Assembly (NCBI GenBank): GCA_965218975.1
Contig: OZ244717.1
Span: 1,184,001-1,248,000, forward strand
Length of the DNA: 64,000 nucleotides
Direction: 5' to 3'
DNA from: Candidatus Oxydemutatoraceae bacterium
GTDB lineage: Bacteria > Pseudomonadota > Gammaproteobacteria > Poriferisulfidales > Oxydemutatoraceae
Shown here: positions 20,353 through 29,874 of the stretch, piece after piece
Numbering within the stretch: position 1 is the stretch's first letter
Layout of the letters: the number at the start of each line of letters is the position of its first letter
The notes under the pieces: model-generated
What the model saw: only the letters and a program-made list of their open reading frames with translations
What the model was told of the DNA's origin: nothing
The model's database searches: none
Position numbers and translations under genes: made by a program

Positions 20353-21814
20353 TGCATAAGCTCAGAAACATTTGGCACTCCTGCCGACAGGAGAAGCAGC
20401 CTTGCAAATCCAACACATAGGCTATCGAATCCGGGGGTTTTACCGGGTCGCTAAAATCGGGCATAGTTGGGATACTATGACTTACGATGCAAAACAACGA
20501 CTCAAAATTCTCACCTTCCAGGAAAACCATGGCATGGCCGCTGCCTGCGATGCATTCAAGGTCAGTCGCCGTACCTTGTATCGGTGGCGGCAGACCTTGA
20601 GGGAAGCCGGACACAACGTAGCGGTACTGGTGCCGCGTTCGACCGCACCGCATCGCCGACGGCAGGCGCGGTGCCCATCCGGTTTGGTGCAAGCAATCCG
20701 CCGTCTGCGCGAGCGGTATCCGAACTTAGGTAAACAGCCGGTGCATAAGTTGCTTGAGCCGTGGTGCGAGCGCCACGGCCTGACCACCCCCAGCGTCTCG
20801 ACTATCGGGCGCATCATCGCCGCAGCGCCTTGATGCCCGCGGTCGGCGCCGACCGTACCGCCGGATCAACAGGTAAAGTCTTTGAGCTGATGAAACCGTT
20901 TTGTGTTTGTTGGTGAATGCTCAGCAAAGTGCCTGTCGTCCATGACGAGACTTGGTTCTGTCAATGAGCGCCAGCCCCGACGTCCTTGTCGGGTCGTTCG
21001 CCGCTGAAAACCGATCGGTTTTCCGGGCGCGTCTCACCCTGCTCGTCCATGACGAGACTTGGTTCTGTCAATGAGCGCCAGCCCCGACGTCCTTGTCGGG
21101 TCGTTCGCCGCTGAAAACCGATCGGTTTTCCGGGCGCGTCTCACCCTGCTCGTCCATGACGAGACTTGGTTCTGTCAATGAGCGCCAGCCCCGACGTCCT
21201 TGTCGGGTCGTTCGCCGCTGAAAACCGATCGGTTTTCCGGGCGCGTCTCACCCTGCTCGTTCATGACGAGACTTGGTTCTGTCAATGAACGCCAGCTCCG
21301 ACGTCCTTGTCGGGTCGTTTGCCACTGAAAACCGATCGGTTTTCCGGGCGCGTCTCACCCGCCGCTACGTGTTCACCTTCATTGCCCCGCGCTCGCGCGT
21401 TGCGTTTGCGTGGGCTTCCACTACCCGCAGCAGCCGGCGCAGCGCACACGCCCTGCAGCTGTTGTGTGAACTGGTGCCGAAACCGATCAACTATATTTTG
21501 TCCGACAACGGCTCGGAGTTTATGAAGGACTTCGAGACCGAGTTGAAACAGCGCCGGACCACCCACTGGTGGACTTATCCGAAGTCGCCGAAGATGAACA
21601 GTTGCTGCGAGCGTTTCAATCGCACCTTGCAGGAGTCATTCGCGGACTACCACGAGGATCTTCTGTTCGCCGACGTGGCCTACTTTAACCGGGAATTGGC
21701 CCAATGGCTGGTGTTTTACAACACCCAGCGCCCCATCATTCACTGGGGTTACAATCCCCGATACAATCGCTCTTAACTCACCATCCGGAGTGCCAAATGT
21801 TATGGACTTATACA
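20353..21814 (+). mobile_element. Degenerate IS481-family element ISb with both ends, middle replaced by a 4x R array
   Basis: Ends TGCATAAGCTCAGAAACATTTGGCACTCC / GGAGTGCCAAATGTTATGGACTTATACA; HTH N-terminus 20402-20833; core (SDNGSEF, ERFNRT) 21360-21814. Confidence 0.88.
20934..21360 (+). repeat. Four head-to-tail copies of the 107-bp R element
   Basis: CATGACGAGAC starts at 20941, 21048, 21155 and 21262 (period 107). Confidence 0.95.
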
Positions 21815-21886
21815 CGCGCTTTACCTTACTTATCTTTGCTTATAAAATACGCTTCCGCAAGTAGATAGTAGCAAACTAATTTATTG

Positions 21887-22519
21887 ATGAAATATAGAAA
21901 TTTTGTTTTAACCGCAGTGTTAATAGTGTTAATGCTGACGGTATCTGTGCATGCGGTTGCAGAAAAGAACGGAGAAATATTGGCAAACACCTGTTTGGGT
22001 TGCCACGGCGTGCCAAGCTATACCAATGTATATCCTAGTTATAAAGTACCCAAACTGGCGGGTCAGCATAAAGAATACATAATTTCCGCATTGCAAGCTT
22101 ACCGTAGCGGAAATCGTTCACACCCGACAATGAAAGTGCAATCGATGCGTTTATCCTACAGTGATATAACTGCTATTGCCGCTTATTTTGGTCAAATGAA
22201 ATCAGAGAAAGGGGACCCGAATGCGATGATTCCCGAAAACTTAAAAACGCAGGTTTTGACGTGCGCCGCTTGTCATAGCAATGATGGTAACAGTTTAGTG
22301 CCGACTTTTCCTCGGATTGCCGGGCAGCATGAAAGTTATATTTATCAGAGTCTGACGGATTACAAGAGTGGCAAGCGCAATAATCCGATTATGCTTGGAA
22401 TCGTTTCTACTTTGAGCGACAACGATATGAAAGTTTTAGCAAAGTACTTTGCCTCGCGCAAAGGTTTGGGGACAATCTCACTTTCCGAGACGAGTGAGCA
22501 AACTATTCGCTTCGATTGA
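21887..22519 (+). CDS. Di-heme cytochrome c4/c553
   Basis: Signal peptide; CLGCH and CAACH; PKLAGQ and PRIAGQ. Confidence 0.9.
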   Translation: MKYRNFVLTAVLIVLMLTVSVHAVAEKNGEILANTCLGCHGVPSYTNVYPSYKVPKLAGQHKEYIISALQAYRSGNRSHPTMKVQSMRLSYSDITAIAAYFGQMKSEKGDPNAMIPENLKTQVLTCAACHSNDGNSLVPTFPRIAGQHESYIYQSLTDYKSGKRNNPIMLGIVSTLSDNDMKVLAKYFASRKGLGTISLSETSEQTIRFD

Positions 22520-22532
22520 TTGGCAGGCTTGT

Positions 22533-22775
22533 TTACTCGGCTTGTCGATTGAATTCGGCGATGGTATAAGCATTTATGGATAAAGCATGGAGCGTGCCAT
22601 CTGCAATATATGAATTAACGGCTGCATAAACTGCTTGGTGGCGTTTGATTGGTGTTAGGTCAGAAAAAGTATCGCTGATTACTGTTACTTCAAACTTCCC
22701 GGCTCCTCCTGTAGCCGTCACAGTCGCTCCGTTAATGTGCTGTGCGATTATTTCCTGTAATTGCATGGTGTCCAT
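22533..22775 (-). CDS. BolA/IbaG-family protein
   Basis: IKRHQAVY, LHALSI. Confidence 0.9.
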   Translation of the reverse strand: MDTMQLQEIIAQHINGATVTATGGAGKFEVTVISDTFSDLTPIKRHQAVYAAVNSYIADGTLHALSINAYTIAEFNRQAE

Positions 22776-22836
22776 TTAAGTTTTAAGTGTTTTCCAGCTT
22801 AATTATAATACGGCAATAAATCGGTTGCATAGTGCC

Positions 22837-22971
22837 TGTACGATGCCACCCTAAATGGGATTTTTGAAGAGCTTCGAAGGAAACGTTACTGCTTGAAGAC
22901 AATCGGTGCGTTTAACCGGCAGATGATCGATACAGCTCCTTCATTTGTCCGGAATGTATTGGCATCGTACA
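22837..22971. mobile_element. 135-bp MITE derived from ISa
   Basis: Perfect 12-bp TIR TGTACGATGCCA/TGGCATCGTACA; left part matches the ISa right end. Confidence 0.85.
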
Positions 22972-23041
22972 TAACGCTTGACTTTACTAATGAATTTTCG
23001 TTATGCTGCAGATCTCATCGCAGCTTTTTAGGAGACAAACT

Positions 23042-23644
23042 ATGTCAGATAACTGGAAATTAGAGGGCCACTATTTTGAATCTTGCACGTGTGATCTCGT
23101 CTGTCCGTGCATTTTTCTTGCGCCTCCGAGCAAAGGTTTCTGTGAAGCATTCCTCGGGTGGCACATTGAAAAAGGATATATGGACGATACCGATTTATCA
23201 AGACTGAATGTTGCCGCTTGGTTACATGCGCCCGGTTTATTGACAGACGGCGGCTGGAAGTTTGCGCTATATATTGATGACAAAGCTAGCGAAGACCAGA
23301 AGAATGCTTTACAGAAAATCTACGGTGGAGAGGCCGGCGGACATCCCGCGGTAATCGCCAGTCTAGTCGGTGAAGTGATGGGAGTGCATTCAGCGGCAAT
23401 CACAATTAGCGGCGATGCAAAAAGCAAAACTTTGAAAGTTGATGGTACGGGGGAATTAACTGTCAATGCATTAGAAGGCGAGGATGGGGGACCGGTGGTT
23501 GTACATAACCATCCGTTGGCCGTCGCGCCAGGCAATGACATCATTGTCCACAAATCGGTAAAGGGTGAATACAGCGGCCATGGTAAGCAGTGGCAAATAT
23601 CCGATACTGTATCGCTGGCAGCATCATTCCAGTATCAACCTTAG
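23042..23644 (+). CDS. DUF1326-family putative metal-binding protein
   Basis: WKLEGHYFESCTCDLVCPC; AGGAG RBS. Confidence 0.85.
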   Translation: MSDNWKLEGHYFESCTCDLVCPCIFLAPPSKGFCEAFLGWHIEKGYMDDTDLSRLNVAAWLHAPGLLTDGGWKFALYIDDKASEDQKNALQKIYGGEAGGHPAVIASLVGEVMGVHSAAITISGDAKSKTLKVDGTGELTVNALEGEDGGPVVVHNHPLAVAPGNDIIVHKSVKGEYSGHGKQWQISDTVSLAASFQYQP

Positions 23645-23706
23645 CCGGAAGCATGTTGGCAAATATAGCTCTCACGTCTCACGCGATGGTTTGCCTTGTA
23701 AACTTT

Positions 23707-24105
23707 TCAACCGGACAACTGACGCATCAATTCGTCAACTGAAAACAGACCGTGCACTGATTGAATTTTATTGCCGTTTACGCAAATAAAGTCGCAACCG
23801 GGCAATGCGATTTTACGATGCGTCGCCGCCTGCTCGCCTAGCGGACCGCTGTTAACCCCATGGAAAATCCATGGGGCGGCAATATTACCGGTAGTCGTAA
23901 CTTGATTACAAATTAGTTCCAGCCGCAGGTCGGGAAAAGCATTAAATAACGACTTTGCATAATCAGCAATCGCTTGTCCGCTCAAATCCCCATTGGTCGT
24001 CGGGTCCGAATAAGTCCCTTGCGCTTCAAACAAGTCTAATATCGCTGCGGGATTATGAGCATCCCAAGCATCAAAGTAAATTTGAACAATATCGGTTGCC
24101 TGCAT
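23707..24105 (-). CDS. SnoaL/NTF2-like (ester cyclase-family) protein
   Basis: YFDAWDAHNP, AFPDLRL, WIFHGVNSGP. Confidence 0.8.
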   Translation of the reverse strand: MQATDIVQIYFDAWDAHNPAAILDLFEAQGTYSDPTTNGDLSGQAIADYAKSLFNAFPDLRLELICNQVTTTGNIAAPWIFHGVNSGPLGEQAATHRKIALPGCDFICVNGNKIQSVHGLFSVDELMRQLSG

Positions 24106-24175
24106 AGAACCCCTCAATTTTTAGTGGCATAGTACGCCCAACAGCTATTGTATCTCTTTTCGGATTGAATAAGAA

Positions 24176-25311
24176 TGTACGATGCCACCCTAGATGGGAT
24201 TTTTGAAGGGCTTCGGGGGAAGCGTTCGGCAGTAACATTCGGATCGGTGCTTTCTGTCCGTTGCCGGTATGAGGACGATGCAGGGTGAGACGCGCCGCTG
24301 AAAACCGACCGGTTTTCAGCGGCGAACGACCCGACAAGGACGTCGGGGCTGGGGCTCATTGACAGAACCAAGTCTCGTCATGGACGACAAGCACTTTGCC
24401 AGGTTGCGGCAGTACCGACACTATACACGCCAGGGTCAGGCGCAGGAATGCGGCTATTACAGCGGTTGGTTGCCACTGCTATTGCCATTCGGGTATAGAC
24501 ATCAATGGCCGTTAAGACGTAGCGGCGCACTCCGTGCTGATAACGCACAATCGTATCCAGGGCGATGCAATGCCCCGGGTACTGTGCTTTGAAGTGTTTC
24601 GGCTTGCGTGCCCTGCAACGGCGCTTAAACGGTCGTTTTGTTTGTCCTTTGGCATTCAGCCGCTGCGGAATATAGCGCATTTTATCCGGCGCATTTGCGA
24701 TCAGGCGCGCAATCGTGCGGACACTCGGGCAGGGTGAGATGCGCCCGGAAAACCGATCGGTTTTCAGCGGCGAACGACCCGACAAGGATGTCGGGGCTGG
24801 GGTTCATTCGCAGAACCAAGTTTCATCATGGGTGAGATGCGCCCGGAAAACCAATTGGTTTTCAGCGGTGAACGACCCGACAAGGACGTCGGGGCTGGAG
24901 CTTGTTGACAGAACCCAGTCGCGTCATGGACGACAGGCACTTTGCCGACAATCCGGCACAATCCGCCGACAACACGGCAACAAACACAAAACGGTTTCAT
25001 CAGCTCAAAGATTTTACTGCTGCCGAGATTCGCCAAAGCTGCCGAAATTCTGCCTGGCGCAGGGTGAGACGCGCCCGGAAAACCGATCGGTTTTCAGCGG
25101 CGAACGACTCGACAAGGACGTCGGGGCTGGCGCTCATTGACAGAACCAAGTCTCGTCATGGACGACAAGCACTTTGCTGACAATCCGCCGGCGCCTCTTA
25201 CGCGGCGCTTTGCCGCGATCATGTAAGGCGTGTACGATGCCACCCTAAATGGGATTCTTGAAGGGCTTCTCCTCCTGTGGCAGGAGTGCCAAATGTTTCT
25301 GAGCTTATGCA
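24176..25311 (-). mobile_element. IS481 mosaic locus C: ISa right end, 4 R copies, ISa core and N-terminal pieces, hybrid mini-element
   Basis: TGTACGATGCC at 24176; HCIALDTIVRY remnant; ISb left end ...CTTATGCA at 25311. Confidence 0.85.
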
Positions 25312-25358
25312 TCCAAGAATTTGGTACGTTTCCGGACATATAAATATAATGTAAGTAT

Positions 25359-26165
25359 ATGGCGCCATTTAAATTCTCGATATTGACAACTATGCCTTTG
25401 GTCGCGTTGGATTTTCGCAGCCGTTGGATCGTGTTCTCTTTATTGTTTGCCCTCGCTGGTATCGGCTGGTTTTATTTGGTTTACATGGCTTGGGCAATGC
25501 AGAATATGGAGTTAGTCGAGATGTGGATGCCGCCGGTTGCCGGAACGCGTGTTTGGCAAGCGACCGATTTTCTGATGTTATTTTTGATGTGGGCGCTGAT
25601 GATGGCGGCGATGATGCTACCCTCAACGTTGCCGATGGTAACACTTTTTGCAGTAGTACAGAGGAAGATGAAACAAACGATAGCGATTCCGGTCGCGATT
25701 TTTATCTCGGCATATTTAGTTGCGTGGACTATGTATAGCATTATTGTCACCGTTCTGCAGTGGCAATTGCATGAAAGAGGTTTGCTTGATCCGATGATGG
25801 ATAGCCGCAGTTATTTATGGAGCGGGATTGTTCTATCAGTTGCAGGTTTATATCAGTGGACACCGTTCAAAGAAGCGTGTTTGAATCAGTGTCGCAGCCC
25901 GTTAAGTTTTTTGATAGCGAGTTGGCGCGATGGGTATTGGGGAACATTTTACATGGGGGTACGGCATGGCTTTTATTGTGTCGGTTGTTGCTGGGCACTG
26001 ATGGGAGTTTTATTTGCTGTCGGCGTGATGAATATGCTGTGGATTATCATTTTGTCGATATTTACTTTGCTTGAAAAAATTTTATTGCCACCACTGGTGG
26101 GACGGATAACGGTTGGATTGATCTTACTCGTCTGGGGTATTTGGTGGCTTACATTACACTTTTGA
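25359..26165 (+). CDS. DUF2182-family membrane metal-binding protein
   Basis: MWALMMAAMMLPS, YQWTPFKEACLNQCRSP, YCVGCCWALM. Confidence 0.85.
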   Translation: MAPFKFSILTTMPLVALDFRSRWIVFSLLFALAGIGWFYLVYMAWAMQNMELVEMWMPPVAGTRVWQATDFLMLFLMWALMMAAMMLPSTLPMVTLFAVVQRKMKQTIAIPVAIFISAYLVAWTMYSIIVTVLQWQLHERGLLDPMMDSRSYLWSGIVLSVAGLYQWTPFKEACLNQCRSPLSFLIASWRDGYWGTFYMGVRHGFYCVGCCWALMGVLFAVGVMNMLWIIILSIFTLLEKILLPPLVGRITVGLILLVWGIWWLTLHF

Positions 26166-26181
26166 TAACGACCCATTTGTA

Positions 26182-26856
26182 CTATGCCATTGTGCCTTTC
26201 GTATATACAACTAGCACAAATAAACTTTTATACCATGGTTGATCCAGTTTGTCTTCGCACAGTCTAAGCTGGTTGCGATAACTTATAAAGTTTTTTTGTA
26301 CTTTACGCGCCACTTTTGTCAACCATTTTTTGTTCGCATATGATTTATCGCGGTATCCCTCCCAACCTTCATGGTAGGCGAGATAGAGGTTATATGCGTC
26401 GTCGCGTTTCAGCTTGATGACATTTGCGCTTTTATTATTATACCAGCCGATAAAGTCAGTCGCGTCGGAAAACCGGTTGCGAAAGACGAATTTTCTGCCG
26501 GTTTCCTTTTTGTAGTCTTCCCATGCGGATTTGGTTGCCTGAGCGTAGCCGTATGCCGAGGGTTTCCGCAGCCATGGGATGAAGCCTAAAAAGTTTTTAC
26601 GCGGCGGACGGGCATTGCTTTTGAAACCGGATTCTTGATGTATGAACGCTAAAATGAGCGCCGTCGACACCTGCCACTTTTGTTCTGACGCTTTTGCCGC
26701 ACGATACCAATTCGTGCGCTGTTCAAAAATCCCGCAGGCGTTGTCTGTTTTGCTCAGAGGAGAAGACAACCATGCGCATCCTCCAATCAACCAAACGCTT
26801 ACGGCCATTGCAAATAACAATGTTCCGTTGCGGAATCGGACGAATGGGCTAAACAT
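26182..26856 (-). CDS. Lytic transglycosylase (SLT-like) lipoprotein
   Basis: Lipobox IGGC; FIHQESGF catalytic Glu; SAYGYAQA; YLAYHEG. Confidence 0.8.
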   Translation of the reverse strand: MFSPFVRFRNGTLLFAMAVSVWLIGGCAWLSSPLSKTDNACGIFEQRTNWYRAAKASEQKWQVSTALILAFIHQESGFKSNARPPRKNFLGFIPWLRKPSAYGYAQATKSAWEDYKKETGRKFVFRNRFSDATDFIGWYNNKSANVIKLKRDDAYNLYLAYHEGWEGYRDKSYANKKWLTKVARKVQKNFISYRNQLRLCEDKLDQPWYKSLFVLVVYTKGTMA

Positions 26857-26862
26857 CGGGAC

Positions 26863-27717
26863 TCATCTTCCTACTTTCACCAATAGATAATCCAGCATTT
26901 TATCGCTGAATATTTTTTTCAAAGTCCAAAACAAATGCGCCGGGAAAGTGATGCGGTAGCGTGTTTTAGGATGAGATGTTTCCAATGCTTTAATCAGTTT
27001 TGCCACCACCGCCTCGGCGGAAAGTGTGAAAGGAAGCGGTGCTTCTTCACTGCCGAGCCGTTCATGCATTTTTGCATAGTAATTAGCGTATACAGTGCTT
27101 TGTGCACTTATCAATGGTTGAATAGTGCGTTCAAAAACTCGCCGACTGTTTTCGCGGAATCGGGTCGCAATCGGACCGGGTTCCAATAAAATGACTTGTA
27201 TATTGCTTTCGGCAAGTTCTATACGCAATGTGTCCGCCCATCCTTCCAGAGCATATTTGCTTGCAATATATGCCCCTCGAAACGGCAATGCAACGTAACC
27301 AAGAAGAGAACTATTCAGGATAATACGTCCATGTCCTTGTCGACGCATCAACGGAAGTATTTGTTGAGTCAAATCATGCCAACCAAAAAAGTTTGCTTCA
27401 AATTGATTGATTAAATTGCGCCGCGATAAATCTTCTAAGGCGCCGCCTTGTCCGTAAGCGCCATTGTTGAACAAAGCATCTAATTTGCCATTGCACTGCC
27501 GCTTGATTTCTGTAACGCAGCTGGTAACGCTTTCATGATCACTGAGCTCGAGGCGGATGGCATGGATTTTTTCGTGTTGAAGCGTCTGCAAATCTTCGTC
27601 GCGCCGAGCAGTGGCAAAAACACGATAGCCGCGGCCACGCAATATTAATGCGGCGGATTTCCCGATGCCGCTGGAGCATCCTGTGATTAAAATTGATCGA
27701 GGATGAATTTTCGGCAT
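26863..27717 (-). CDS. Short-chain dehydrogenase/reductase (YbbO-like)
   Basis: TGCSSGIG, NNGAYG, YIASK. Confidence 0.88.
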   Translation of the reverse strand: MPKIHPRSILITGCSSGIGKSAALILRGRGYRVFATARRDEDLQTLQHEKIHAIRLELSDHESVTSCVTEIKRQCNGKLDALFNNGAYGQGGALEDLSRRNLINQFEANFFGWHDLTQQILPLMRRQGHGRIILNSSLLGYVALPFRGAYIASKYALEGWADTLRIELAESNIQVILLEPGPIATRFRENSRRVFERTIQPLISAQSTVYANYYAKMHERLGSEEAPLPFTLSAEAVVAKLIKALETSHPKTRYRITFPAHLFWTLKKIFSDKMLDYLLVKVGR

Positions 27718-27722
27718 ACTTT

Positions 27723-28043
27723 TTACGAGTGCTTGCAGATATAAAATTTGAATATTTGCATGTTTTCTTTGGGTTTACCTAAGGGCACAATGTGGTCGGC
27801 GCCAATCTTGCCGGCAAGATTACGTGCTTCGATCAATAGCATTTCAGTCCGCTTTTCAGGTGTCCGGCGAAAGAAAACTTGCGCTTTGCTTAAAGTAATT
27901 TGACTGTTGGCCAGATGTTTGCATTGCACCGCTTCAATTCCAGGAACGACTTGTACCAAGTTGCCGTCGTAGGACAGCTTGGGGGCACATCCGGTACTAA
28001 GCAAAGTCATCGTAAGTAAAGCAATGTGTCGGAAATAGGTCAC
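27723..28043 (-). CDS. Small lipoprotein (DUF4156-like)
   Basis: Lipobox LSTGC; EARNLAGKIGADHIV...YIC; start uncertain. Confidence 0.6.
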   Translation of the reverse strand: MTYFRHIALLTMTLLSTGCAPKLSYDGNLVQVVPGIEAVQCKHLANSQITLSKAQVFFRRTPEKRTEMLLIEARNLAGKIGADHIVPLGKPKENMQIFKFYICKHS

Positions 28044-29755
28044 GATACTTGCGATTGAATTTGCCGAATTAAATATTCGGCGCATTGCTCACAGGCAAGC
28101 ATTGTCGCTTTACTTTCATTACGCCGTTTTACTTCAATATGGTTTCCCCTTAAACCATGCTTGCTGATGACGACACGATAGGGAATTCCGATTAAATCAG
28201 CATCGGCGAACATTGTGCCGGTGTGCAGATTGCGGTCATCCAACAGCACTTCTATCTGTGCCTGCTCTAATTGTTGATGCAATTCATCGGTTACACGGTG
28301 CACGTTTCCATAGGATTCATATCGTATTGGTGTGATGAGAACCGAGAAAGGTGCCAGCGGCAAAGGCCAGATAATGCCGTCGTCATCATAATTTTGTTCA
28401 ATTGCCGCGGCGACGATGCGTGAGATACCGATGCCGTAACAGCCCATTGTCATAGTTTGCAATTTACCATCTTGGTTCAGCACTTGCGCTTTCATCAATT
28501 CGCTGTATTTGGTGCCTAGTTTGAAAATATGCCCAACTTCAATGCCGCGTTTGATGGTGATCGGGCTTTGGTCGGTTAAAGTGAGTTCGCCCTCTTCCAC
28601 GTTGCGCAAATCGGCAGTATCCGGCTGCGTCGCATCCGTTCCCCAATTCACACCGGTATAGTGCATATCATCCCGGTTCGCTCCGCAAACGAAATCAACC
28701 ATCGCCGCTGCCGCATGGTCAATAATCATCGGCAAATTCAACCGCACCGGCCCTAACGAACCGGGACGGCAACCGGCCAGTGAGACAATTTGCTCTTCGT
28801 TTGCAAACTCTAGCGGTGATGCGACGTCAGGATGTTTCTGTGCTTTGACAGTATTGAGCGTATGATCGCCGCGTATAAATAAAGCAATAATGCCACCGTT
28901 ATTACTCTTAACAAATAACGCTTTTAGACATTGTTGCGAGGTAAAGTTAAACTGTTTGCATAATTCAGCGATCGTTTTAACATTAGGCGTTTTTAATTCT
29001 GCCAGTGTTTGTTGCGCAGCATGTTGTTGCTTAAGCGGTGCACAAGGAACTAGTTCGACATTAGCAGCATACGAACCACTTTTGGAAAAAGCAATGGTAT
29101 CCTCGCCCGAATCCGCCAATACGTGAAACTCATGCGACTCGTTACCGCCGATAGAACCGGTATCGGCAAGTACCGCACGGAAATCAAGCTGTAAGCGTTG
29201 TAGAATCCTGCTATAAGCGTCATACATTTTTTGATAGGTTTCATTCAACGAATTTTGATCTATATGAAAGGAATAGGCATCTTTCATGATAAATTCGCGT
29301 GCTCGCATTACACCGAAACGCGGGCGAATTTCATCGCGAAATTTGGTTTGAATTTGATAGTAGTTAACAGGAAGTTGACGATAACTGGTTAGTTCGGAAC
29401 GTGCGATATCGGTAATAACTTCTTCGTGAGTCGGGCCATACACGAAATCACGCTGGTGTCGGTCGACAATGCGTAATAACTCAGGACCATAATCATTCCA
29501 TCGTTTTGATTCCTGCCACAACACTGCCGGTTGTATCGTCGGCATTAATAATTCAATCGCCCCCGCCGCATTCATTTCTTCGCGTACGATCGTTTCCACT
29601 TTACGTAAACTACGCAGTCCTAGCGGTAACCAGCTGTACAAGCCACCGGAAATTTTACGAATCATGCCGCTACGCAACATCAGGCGATGGCTAGTGATTT
29701 CGGCGTCAGAAGGGACTTCTTTCGTTGTTGAAAGTGGAAGGTCGGAAACACGCAT
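28040..29755 (-). CDS. proS: Proline--tRNA ligase
   Basis: GPTHEE, FRDEIRPRFGVMRAREF, GIEVGHIFKLG, MGCYGIG. Confidence 0.97.
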   Translation of the reverse strand: MRVSDLPLSTTKEVPSDAEITSHRLMLRSGMIRKISGGLYSWLPLGLRSLRKVETIVREEMNAAGAIELLMPTIQPAVLWQESKRWNDYGPELLRIVDRHQRDFVYGPTHEEVITDIARSELTSYRQLPVNYYQIQTKFRDEIRPRFGVMRAREFIMKDAYSFHIDQNSLNETYQKMYDAYSRILQRLQLDFRAVLADTGSIGGNESHEFHVLADSGEDTIAFSKSGSYAANVELVPCAPLKQQHAAQQTLAELKTPNVKTIAELCKQFNFTSQQCLKALFVKSNNGGIIALFIRGDHTLNTVKAQKHPDVASPLEFANEEQIVSLAGCRPGSLGPVRLNLPMIIDHAAAAMVDFVCGANRDDMHYTGVNWGTDATQPDTADLRNVEEGELTLTDQSPITIKRGIEVGHIFKLGTKYSELMKAQVLNQDGKLQTMTMGCYGIGISRIVAAAIEQNYDDDGIIWPLPLAPFSVLITPIRYESYGNVHRVTDELHQQLEQAQIEVLLDDRNLHTGTMFADADLIGIPYRVVISKHGLRGNHIEVKRRNESKATMLACEQCAEYLIRQIQSQVS

Positions 29756-29874
29756 TACCACAAAGAAATTTAAATGGATTTATTTTAGCAGATTTATCGG
29801 TTTCCTTTTAGAATAAGCAAATATGACAGCGCACGGCATTGTGGCGCGTTTTAACGATATATGATAGTAATAAT

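Noticed and set aside
20934-21360. CRISPR array
   Set aside because: Units are 107 bp and near-identical with no unique spacers; no cas genes in the window.
20372-21776. Intact or programmed-frameshift transposase
   Set aside because: Stop at 20833, central region replaced by the R array, further frameshift near the C-terminus.
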